Positions 35,507-46,330 of a stretch of 64,000 nt of DNA are shown piece by piece. The notes beneath the pieces were generated by a model that worked only from the letters and a program-made list of their open reading frames with translations, was not told where the DNA came from and ran no database searches. The translations under genes and the position numbers were made by a program. Source of the DNA: Amphiscolops sp. MND2022 (lineage: Eukaryota); the NCBI GenBank assembly GCA_964187785.1, contig OZ076412.1:37014001-37078000 (forward strand), read 5' to 3'. Each line of letters starts with the position of its first letter. Position 1 is the first letter of the stretch.

Positions 35507-35855
35507 TTTCTCCGGCGTGGTTTCTACTTCGACCACTTCTACTTCCCATTCCACAAACGATCATCAATCTAAGCTCAGGATGACAGCCCTGTTGAATGTC
35601 AACGACCAAATTTGCTCCGTTTGGTTCACGATTGAGTTCCTTGTGAGAATATCATTTTGCCCCAATAAAAAACTGTTTTTAAAAACATGGATCAATATTG
35701 TTGATTTATTAGCAGTTATTCCATTTTACTGCCAAACTGTTTTCTACTTACTTACAATCGACCACTCAGAAACGTTTCTACGCTTCATTGAGATCACCAA
35801 AATCCTACGAATAGTCAGGGTTTTCAAGCTGGTCCGGCATTTCATTGGACTGAAG
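35507..35855 (+). CDS. KCNC: Kv3/Shaw exon: S2, S3, S4
   Basis: Phase-2 TAAG acceptor after a poly-T tract; ICSVWFTIEFLVRISFCPNK, NIVDLLAVIPFY, KILRIVRVFKLVRHFIGLK; ends at AAG|GC donor. Confidence 0.9.
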
Positions 35856-35856
35856 G

Positions 35857-36171
35857 CAGGGTTTTCTAAAACTCGTTTTAATGGTCAAAATTCATTCGGA
35901 TATACATCTTTGGAGTAATGAGAGTCAACATTTAACTGCTGTCATAATGACAACGTCTTCGTTTTGTCGAATAGATTTTGTTCTTTCTAAAAAGAAAACG
36001 TTTGAAATCGAAAACTCGTGAACCTAAACAAACCTAAGGACCTAGCAATTAGACATAATATTTTATTTTCGTTCAGACCTATTTTTTTTCTTGAAAAAAA
36101 CTGACCACAACAACCATTTAGTTAGTGATGGAAATCGCGGCTGCAATGAAAGGAAATAATAGGAAATCCTG
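35857..36171. mobile_element. 315-bp hAT-type MITE forming the GC-AG intron 35856-36178
   Basis: TIRs CAGGGTTTTCTA / TAGGAAATCCTG (10/12); 8-bp flanks ACTGAAGG / CCTGAAGG (7/8). Confidence 0.65.
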
Positions 36172-36178
36172 CCTGAAG

Positions 36179-36380
36179 GTGCTTGTACACACACTGAGAG
36201 CGAGTGCGAAAGAACTGCTGCTGTTGATAGTCTTCCTGGTGATGGGGGTGATAGTGTTCTCTAGCCTCATGTACTATGCAGAGGGCTTCGGTCACGTGAC
36301 CAGTGCAGTCAACTTCAACAATGAGTTCGACACCATCCCAGCCGGATTCTGGTGGGCTCTTGTTACCATGACTACTATAG
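36179..36380 (+). CDS. KCNC: Kv3/Shaw exon: S4-S5 linker, S5, pore helix
   Basis: [35 protein letters not shown]...[16 protein letters not shown]; canonical G|GTCAGT donor. Confidence 0.95.
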
Positions 36381-36612
36381 GTCAGTTTTCCGCTTTCTGT
36401 GCTGTTTTCATGGATAATTAAAGCAAACTGTTTGTTATAGGTATATATGAACAAACTCAGTTCTGAACGATCATTTTATTTGATGGCTGATATAGTTAAC
36501 TACAGATAAATTGTGCCACGCATGCATGTTTTATTGGAAAAACTGAAACCGGAAGAAATCGAATGTGAAAGACTCCGTTTATGCCAAAGTGCTACAGTAT
36601 CATGAAATGATA

Positions 36613-38742
36613 CACTATGGTACCAAAAAGCTAAGTACAGCTGAATTTTTTGAATTTTTTTCAAGTCAAAAAAAATGAAAACATTTGTGAACAATTTCAA
36701 TCAGTTACCGGAAGTTGTGCTTCGAAAATGGTTAAACCGCTTGATTCATTTTTGGTTTGCAAAATTGTTACTCTTCGCGAGATTGGGTTATCTTACAATC
36801 AAATCAAAGAGAAATTGGGTTTGAAGTCACGATCAACAGCACAGTCAGCTTACAAGCGCTTTTTGAAAACCAGTTCTTATTCTCCAAAAAAACCACCAGG
36901 AAGACCGGAAAAACTTAGCAAAAAAGACAAAAGATTAATTATAAGAAGCGTCAAAAACGATCCCAAAACTACATTACAAAGAATCAGGGTAAAGTATAAT
37001 TCTTTTGCAACCTCAAAAAGTGTCTCAAGATCTACAATTCGGCGAGTTCTGAAGAAGTATGGGCTAGTTTCTAGAGTGGCGGCTAAAAAATTTCAGCTCA
37101 ATAAAAAACAACGAACAACGAGGAAAAAATGGTGCTTGCGAATGTCCAAGAAGCCGCTCGGTTTTTTGTCCAGCCTTGCACTCACTGAAAAAAGTACATA
37201 GTAAAAAATTTTCAATTTTGGGAAGGAAAATCATACACAGAGTCATACACAGAGTCCGCAAATAGACGAAAATTTTCAGCAAAAAAATCGGAAATTTTCG
37301 AAAAAAATCTCAGTTTCGGAATTTTCCTAATTTTTTTATCGCAACACCAAACGGCCCCTCCTACAAACTTTTCGGCACTGTGAGACAATTTTTTCTCAAC
37401 ACCAAAGGGTCTCCCTTCGAAATTTTTCGGCACTGTGAGACAAAAAAATCAAAAATTTAGAAAAAAAATCGAAATTTTCGAAAAAAATCTTCGAAATTTT
37501 CCCAATTTTTTTCACAACATTTCACAATAAGAATGCATTCTTTTATTTTTGAAACCTTCCAATTACGGCCTTGAACTGAAACAAAATCCATGCATGAATT
37601 TTGGAATTTTTTTCAAAATTTCGATTTTTCGAATATTTCATTTTTTTTTGTTTCACAGGGCCGAAAAAAATTCACAGGGTGACCCTTTTCTTCTGTTTGC
37701 GAAATCGTCTAAAAACACGGGACAGCCCTGGGGTGGAACCCACAATCTTTGGTGTCAAAAGTGAGAATTCAACCGGCTGCGCCAAATCTACTTGAATTCG
37801 AACAGTTAAAAGCGGCGACTAAAAAAAATAAATGTCATTGTAATAGTCGGGCACTTTTTGATATAAGCGCCGACTAAGAACCGTAAACAATCGGGGAACA
37901 GCGTAAGTCGGTGACCTGCTTAAGCCTCAAATTTATCGACAAAGTGTTTCAACTTTTTCTGACTTTTTCTTTTGTTTTTTATTATCGCAGATTTTTGTAG
38001 TACTCTACTTTTGCTATTCTTTTTCTCATGAAGTTTTACATAATAATCTTGGCTGGATGGAAAAGGATTCTGGGAAAATGTGGTTTTCACTGATGAAACT
38101 CGTGTGCGTCTGAACAGTGACGGTATTGTAAGAGTTTTCCGAGAAAAAGGATCGCGTTTCCACTCAAAAAATATTCAAGGGCAGAACACTGATAAACGCT
38201 CGCTTATGTTCTGGGGAGCTATTCGATCGGATGGCAGGAAGATGCTAATTAGATGCCCGGCAACACTCAATAGCAGCGGCTATGTCGAAATTCTTGAAAA
38301 GTATGACAGAAATTTGCACCTACCGGACATTGTTTTCCAGCACGATAATGCCCCAATTCACAGAAGCAGAGAGGTTTCCAACTATCTAAGTGAAAAGAAG
38401 TGGGATGTGCTCGAATGGCCTCCGTATAGTCCTGATTTGAACCCCATGGAAAATATTTGGGCTATACTGAAGAAATCCCTGCAAGGACAAACTCTAACGT
38501 GGGAAAATTTGGAAGAAACAGTGATTGATATTTGGAACAATATCAGTCCCGAAATTATCCGAAATATGTACGCATCTTATGAGAGTCGCCTCGTAAAAAC
38601 TATAAAAAACGATGGAAATATGATTGGTTATTAGTGTGTTTGTCTCCTAATTTGATTATATTTTTTTTCTGTTTAAATTTCAAATTTTCCTCTCAGTTTT
38701 TAAAAATTCAACAGGTGTACGTAGCTTTCTGGTACCATAGTG
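36613..38742 (+). mobile_element. Tc1-family DNA transposon (DD34E); transposase split by a 905-bp insert
   Basis: TA on both flanks; 31-bp TIRs CACTATGGTACCA... (28/31); N-terminal HTH part 36728-37160; catalytic part 38066-38634 with FTDE, QHDNAPIH, SPDLNPMENIW (34 residues between D and E). Confidence 0.92.
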
Positions 38743-39429
38743 TATTTACTCTCACGCATGATAACGCATGAAACATCAAGCGGAGGAATTTTCTTTAAAA
38801 TGAAATAGTGTATACTTTCAGTTAAATCATACTTCATTGCTTTGTGTAAATTTGGATCATCAAGGTTCAGTTTGGGTCCATCGAAACAGTACAGTCCCGG
38901 GTTTCCCAACCAGGTTGATCATACTCTGATCATATATGGTATCATGCAAATCATACAATTTTTTTCTATGATCTTACAATGATCAATCTGGAATCATAAA
39001 TGATTCAGAGTAAGGTCAACCTGGAACCATAAACTTCTATGGTCCAGTCTGAAGTCATAAATGGCCCAGATTAGGATCAAACTGCAATCATATTTTTTTC
39101 CAAATGCGGTTTGATGTGACATGCACTTTGAACAAAAATTTTCAAGTATTGAGATTCGCCAGCTTTATAGGCCGAGCCACATTCGACTTTTTGAATCTGC
39201 GAACGATACCTTGCAGGTCAGAACTCAGTTAAACTCTTAGCGGAGCTGAAAACAAACTATATTCACTAACTGGACCATAACAGTTGGTTTATGATTCCGA
39301 CTGACCATACTCGCACCATATATAGTTCGGTCTATGGTGAGCCGGCAATGTTCAACGAAATCATGTTGATCATAATGTGGGCCTTATATGGAAACAGGTT
39401 AATTTTCCATTCTAACATGGCTAGTTGAC

Positions 39430-40370
39430 GACGGTTAGTAAGGCACCCATCCGAACTGATGCATTCGTATGGGTGCCAAGCGCATCACATGAATCTGTTT
39501 GCTAAAGATTTTAGTACTAAACTCATGAACCCTATTGACCGAATTCTCAATGTTATAAAACACTTGCGATTACATCATACACAAAGTGCACTTCTCCGCC
39601 AAAACAACATACCACGTCCTCCTCTACCAACTGAGACTCGTTGGAACTCAGTGTCTGACACGTTACAGTTTTTTGTCGAACAGTGGCTGATTTGGGCGGT
39701 CGTTGTCAATGCAATAATGAGGCCTAGTGATCCGATATATCCCACTATGGAGGATATTCAATTGAAACTCACTGCTGCTGACTTATTGGAAACATCCAAG
39801 CCTCCTGCAAAGCCCTAGATGAAGTGCAGAGCGATTTATGTTTCATTGGAGAGTGTTATCAGAGATGTTACAATCTGAGAAATAAAACACCAGGGCAGTT
39901 TGCTGAAATCACTTGTCAGAGATATGAAAAAGCTGTTCAGGAAAACCCTGTTATCTTTGTCGCAAATCTTCTTGATCATCGTTTTACTGGCAACAATCTT
40001 GATACAGATGATGTGTCAAATGCTCTCAATTACATCAAAAATGTCCATGAGAAAATAGTTCCAGAAGTTATGAAGTTCGTGTCGAAGACCCATCCTTACA
40101 CCTTACTTCGAGGGGACTTTCTAAGATGATCATCCTGTGTCGTGGTGGAAATCTGGAGTCAAAATGGGTTTCGATCAAAATCTTGCAAAAGATGCAATTT
40201 CGTTGGTGTCCGCCGCTTCCTCTTCAAGAGGCTTGGAACGCTGTTTCTCTACGCTGGGAACCTTTTACGGAAAGCTGCGAACATCGATGGGCATTGAGAA
40301 GGCCGGAATTTATGTACCGCCAAATAAACAAGAAGTGATGGAATTGCTTCGTGAAATGATTTGATTTTGA
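39430..40370 (+). pseudogene. hAT transposase C-terminal relic
   Basis: CQAHHMNL (CxxH), PTETRWNS and AASSSRGLERCFSTLG..KLRTSMGIEKAG motifs across three broken ORFs. Confidence 0.8.
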
Positions 40371-41249
40371 TGTTATTTTTTTAACACTTTAAACTAATTT
40401 ACATGTTTTTTATTCTAACTGTTTTAAACTGTTAAAAGTTTTTTCAACTAACAACTTAACAGCGACGAGTTTCAGTTGCAATTAGAGTTATAAAATGTTG
40501 CAATTTGATTGGTTGTTAGTATTAATTCGATGATAATTTCACTTGAACTCATAACTGGGGAGATTAAATTGGTGGGGGGGTATATCTAGTTTCTTCAAAT
40601 CTCTGTTCTCTATAGAGAATTCCATCTTGTTGAAAAGCATCAAATCGATGTTCAGTTTTGATAAAAGTTTTGATTCATGTTAGCCCAGTAAACATAAGGA
40701 AACACATGAATTATAAACACGCTAAGTACCTAACTTTGTTGCTCAACTATGTGGCTACCAGTACCTAACCTTCCAAATTTTTATGTTTTTAGTCGGTTTT
40801 ATATAATAAAAGAGCCCGACTATTACAGTCACTCGTTTTTAATCGGCGCTTTTCTTGAAAAGAGCCGACTATAGTCATTGCTTTTCATCAGTGTCTTTTA
40901 AAAAAATTTCAATACATCTGAAGTGACCAAAATAGTTCTACCAAAAGTTCTACAAAAATTTAAATATCACCTGTTGGCAAAGGGAACTGGACCAAAAAGG
41001 TTCTTACTTTTACCGTGTAACATACATTACTGGGCGAGACTAAACGGTCTCTCTTCCAGTTTCTTTTTCGGCATGGTGCGACTTTTCTTCGAAATTTTTT
41101 TCCATCAAAGGGTCTCCCTTCAATTTGTTTTGGCGTTTTGCGACAGAATGGATGTTGTGAACGGATGCTGCGAATGGATGTCGTGTCAATTGTGAGACGT
41201 TTTTCAAATGCATTTTTTCAATAGAAAGTTCCCCAATTTACCAATACTT

Positions 41250-42300
41250 TGACATTTTGAAGTCCTTTTGCTAATTTTGAGCCTTAGATATTGCGCTGAC
41301 TTGGGCCGGCCTCGGCTTGTTTCTTTAGGACAGAATTGAGACGAAATTTTTCAGTTTGCTCCACTTAAAGTATGACTGGAAATGCATCTAAAGTATTGCA
41401 AAGGGACCCCTTTTCATTTTTACTTTTTGAACGTAATATACAATACCGGACGAGACCGAAGGGTCCCCCTGTAATTTTTTTCGACCATATGAGACTTTTG
41501 AAAGTTTTGAAAAGTCTCTAAAGGGCCGGCCCCTTCAGATTTTTGATATTTTGAAACCAATTGGATGTTCAATAACCCAGAGGGTCCACCTTTTTGCATT
41601 TTTGGCACTATGAGACCGTTTCAAAATTCTGATTTTTTTGTGAAATTAGGTTTTCAGTCGACGCTTTTCGTAGAAAACGCAGACAATAGTAGTGACTTTT
41701 CTTTTTTTCGAAGACCAGCGAAGTGACAGATTTCATAAGTTTTATAAGTTGACTTGAACTAACACTAAATGCCACACTACTTCTACTGGCACTTGAGATA
41801 GAGGTTAATTTGGCTTTTTCGAGGTCCCCTTTTACATTTTTTGGCACTATGCGACTTCCCGGGACCAAAAAATTAAAAAAAATTAGACAATTTTTTCTTC
41901 AATTTTTTCCTCATGCGGTACTGTAGAAGAGAATACTTGACACTTTGAAGTCCTTTTGCTATTTTTGAGCCTTAGATATGGCGCCGACTTGGGCCGTTCC
42001 CGGCTTGTTTTTTTAAGACCAACGAAGTGACAGATTTTATAAGCTTTATAAGCTGACTCGAACTAACACTAAAGGCCACACTACTTCTACTGGCAATTGA
42101 GTTAGAGGTTAATTACGCTTTAATGATGTCCCCCTTTACATTTTTTGTCACTACGCGACTTCTCGAGGACCAAAAAAATTTGAAAAATTCCGTAATTTAC
42201 AATTTTTTCTACATGCGGGTACTGTAGAAGAGAATACTTGACACTTTGAAGTCCTTTTGCTATTTTTGAGCCTTAGATATGGCGCCGACTTGTTTCGATA
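41250..42300. repeat. Non-coding repeat with two ~300-bp tandem units (41710-42009, 42015-42295) plus a partial copy
   Basis: TTTTGAGCCTTAGATATGGCGCCGACTT block occurs three times; units end in a GCCG-TTCC-CGGC hairpin plus TTGTT, loosely Helitron/HINE-like. Confidence 0.6.
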
Positions 42301-43149
42301 TATATTCACTTTTAACACATTTGTTCGAACTTTTGCGTTTCATACGAACTTTACTGCGTTTTCCCAAAGCATTTACAAATGAGGCCGAAGTTCGAAAACC
42401 AGCAATTTCATTCGTCCCAGCATGAAACCTTTAGGTGTTTCCACACTTTTATGTAAATTTGTCATTAAAAGACGTCCTGAGCATGCTTTAAAAACTTGTG
42501 GCACCAGTCGTGTTGAGCTAACGTCACCAAAAACGTCCAGAATAGGAAAATTTCAGCCATTTTCTCCAATAAGAAACAGCAGTTGTCTCTTCTAAAAAGC
42601 CTACTGGATACCGAGTTCAGTCGTTTTTGAATGTTCACACCATTCAAACCCACCAAACAGCTCGAAAGTTTTTAAAAAATTGCATAAAAAGTCAAAAACT
42701 TTTTCATTTATGGGTCTAATTGGGGTTGTCGATCTAGCTCGGGAACTGCAAAAATCTGCATTGCTTTTGATTTTGCTGGAACTCACTGAACATTAAAAAT
42801 TTGACAATTAAGGTCGGAACGAAAATTCCGTTTTCGAGTAAAGTTTTTTTGAAAAAATTGCGAACAAATTCGTCCGATATCTTTTTGAACCACAAACAGT
42901 TACAGTTTCTGATCTTTTCGATGTTTTTTTGACTAATCTCAATGATAGGTCCCTAAAAAGGTCAAATTTGGCAAAACGTTTGACGTTTTGGACTTTTCGC
43001 GGTCAATTTAGAAGCATTTTCAACAAGTACTGCAAAGATGTATTCGAAAAGCCTACTGAAAGACGAATATGATCTTTAGCGAACATTTCCAACATTCTGA
43101 CACCTAATTATTTCGGAACAGTTTACAAAAGTCTACGGTCAGCCATTTG

Positions 43150-46100
43150 TTGAATCTATCTATGGAGGAAAAAGTGATGTTCAAGGTTTAACTTTCAATT
43201 GTTTAGTGCGCCGGAGAATTCGATTTGGATTTCTTGTCCCGGTTCCGTTTTTGTTTTCAATTTTCCGCTTTCATGTTTCGGTAATTGAGTGTTTGAAGTT
43301 CTTACCCGATGCCATGAAGGCCACGCAGTTTTTTGTTTTCTTTGTCTTTTGAGATGTTCTGCCATCAAAACATTTTGGCTTCGTTGTTCCGACATGACCG
43401 CGGAGCAGCGTTTCTAATAAATGTTTTCTCGATTCTGTGGGTACGACGATTCTATCGTCGTTGAATGTGAGGTTGCATTATTCTCCATTTTTTTGAAAGC
43501 CATTCGGTATAATTCTGGTGCCGTGTTTTTTTGACTCGTCTCATGGCGTCTCCAACAAGGTTGAGCTCGGCGTCTGTGGTGGACTTTGCTATCAGAGTCC
43601 TAAATCAAGCATGAAGTTGAACTCGGCCTTTTTGATTGTTTCTTTCGTGGCCTTCTTGTCTGAATAAAATGGGCTTGCTTCGCTTCTGTTTTGGAACTTT
43701 TCCGGCCTACAATGGGAACGTTGTCACCTCGGATTATTGGGTTTTCACCTTTGCGTTCGTTTTCTTCGATGGTCTTCTGTTGTTGTTCGTCATCTTCCTC
43801 TATCCTTTCTTCCAGTGGCTGGAATCCTCCGCCGAACGTGTTCGCTCGTTTTAACAGTCCACCGTCAACCTCTGTAGTCTCCTCTTGGCTTCTTTTCTTC
43901 TTTTATTTGGTCCCAAAGTGACCCAGGTTCACCTTTGGACGATGAGGTCGAACCTTCCGGTCGGGAAAACTTTTTTGATTCCATCAGTGTCAATTTTCTG
44001 GGCGTTTTGCCTTTTCGTCTCAATATCTCTTCAATCTCAGCTGTTGCTCCCAGTGGAAGTAATCGTTATCCATTTCTTTTCCTAAATAAAAGGTAAATTT
44101 GTGCTGTAAATTGACTTTTGTTTCGGATTCTGGTTTGGAATTTCCGTTTTAAACTTTTCTCAGCGTTCAATCGATGTGGTTTCAACTTGTTTGCAACGTT
44201 TGTTCACGTCTAGATTTTTCTCGAATGTTCTTTTCCGATTTGATTGGTTATGTTTTGTTTCGGTCGTTTCATTTCCAACACGTTATTTGATTTGTGCACG
44301 AATAGTAGTACATATTTAATGTTTTTTTTTCGGCTGGTTCTGAAAGGATGTTAATTACTTATTGTTCGTTGTATACATTTTCGACCACCGCTTTCTCTAC
44401 AAGTTTTTTACTCCGTTTCAAACTTTTCGCGGCGTTTAATCGATGTGGTTTCAACTTCTTTGCAATTTTTGTTCACCTCTAGGTTACTTTCAACTGTTTT
44501 ACTCCGATTTGATTGGTCAAATTTTGTCTTGGTCGTTTCATTTTTTCCGACGCGTTATCTAACTGGTCAACGAATAGTGGTCCGTATTTGATATTTACTT
44601 CAGCTTCTTCTGAACAGATGTTGAATACTTATTGTTCGTTGTATACATTTTCGACCGCAGCTTTTTCTACAAGTTTTCTACTCAGTAAGTCGGTGAACTT
44701 TTATTACTTCCTGCGATGTGTTGGATGGCCTTGTGAAAGTATTCAAGCCGATCTAGCCATCTAGTTAACCTTGCGCTACATTGTCTGTTGCATCGGTTCC
44801 TTTTAACATTGATTGAAGTGCCTGGTGGTCTTTGAAAAGAAAGACTTTTTGTCCGTATAAGAAAAACCGGAACTTTCCTAAGCCCCATTTAACTGCCAAT
44901 AAATCCAATTTTCCGATTCAGTAGTCTTCCGCTTTCATTCAGATATCTGCTACCGAATGCTATCGGTTCTATTTCTCCGCCAGATTGTTTTTGGCCTTAT
45001 GTTTTTCTGAGTCGGGTTGCCTGCGTCGGGTGTTATATTGTTTTCTCTGTCATTAGCATAGTGAGTTAGGCATGGTTCTCCAGTCAACTGTTTTCAATGT
45101 TCCAAATTTCTTCTCGTTCACCCCGTCCCCATTCCACTTCGAGTTATCTTTAGATTTTGTCGTAGTCCTTCAGTTCTTTCCGATAAACTCGGTATTTTTT
45201 TCCGAGGACTTGTATTCTACCCAGAAATGATGTTCAATTCATTTTGGTTCTCTGAGTGTTGCTAATCTAGGATGACTTTTACTTTTTCGGTTTAATTCCT
45301 TGTTCATCAATGTCGTGTCCCAGCTATTTTGTTTTAATCAGAAAATCATCGGATATTGTTCCGCTTGCTCGGAATTCGGCGTCCGCAACACTTTTCAGTA
45401 CGTCGAAAAATTGCTTCTCATCTTCTGCTCGGTCTTCTTTGGTTACGACTACTGTAAAATCCAACCAAGCTGGTGTAGAGTATTCCATTGTCCAACTAAC
45501 CGGGTTTCCTTAGTTCATCTCTTTTTCTACTGACTGCTCCTTGGAGGTGTAGTGGAGTTGGTCTTGATTTTGTTTATCACTTATTGTAGTATTGTTCTTG
45601 ATAAATCCGGAAACTTCTCAATCAATCGTCTCTTTCCTGATTGGTTGTTCTCGTGCAATTGGATGTTTCTGATTGTTAAGTTTCGTTTCGTCAGCCAGTT
45701 TATTACGAGTAACGGCGTTATGTAATTTCTTCCGGTGATTAGTACCCGCAACTTTTGTTTGTTGTTTTCGTAGTGGATGTCTGCTGTTATCGTTCCTCGG
45801 AATTACACTTCATTTCAAATTTTACGTTGATTTTGAAGTTTCCTTTTCTGTATCTTGGTTTTTTAGCGTACTTTTGACCCCGGCATCAAAGCTCCCGGTA
45901 TAGAACTTTTTTTTCGTATTTATTTTGTTGAATCATTTCGATTGTTTTCCTTAGTTCGAATTTCTTTTCTTTCATCAGTTTGTCTCGGAGTTTCGTATCC
46001 GTAATTGCAGGCATGAAACTCGAGATGAGTAGTTTTCGGCTGACACTCCTTCCAATGAGCATTCTTTATCAATTTCCAATATTCTACATTAGAAGTCTTC

Positions 46101-46330
46101 TGGTGATTCGGTTTCTCTCTGAGGAGTCCAAAAAGTCTCCTTGGTTGTGGTTTGCGGTCCTTTACTGGTACGAAGTATTCGTCGATCAATCGGATGTAAT
46201 CCTTTACTGCTAATTTAAACGGGCTCTGTTTTATCACCGTGCGTCTCATCTGGTATAATGATTTTGGGCCGCTACCCCATATGAAATCTTTTCGCTTTCT
46301 TTGTTGGTCCAACCGTTTTGTGTAATTTCA
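43150..46330 (-). pseudogene. Degraded Ty3/Gypsy gag-pol of a different family
   Basis: Gag relic DFIWGSGPKSLYQM; RNase H-end relic RLTRWLDRL..QHIAG; integrase relic EIQIEFSG; ~270-bp internal tandem (44157-44690). Confidence 0.65.

Noticed and set aside
36122-36178. Alternative upstream acceptor adding 19 aa ([19 protein letters not shown]) to the Kv3 exon
   Set aside because: It would insert residues into the length-conserved S4-S5 linker; the GT at 35861 is out of phase with the nearby acceptors at 36121, 36125 and 36178.
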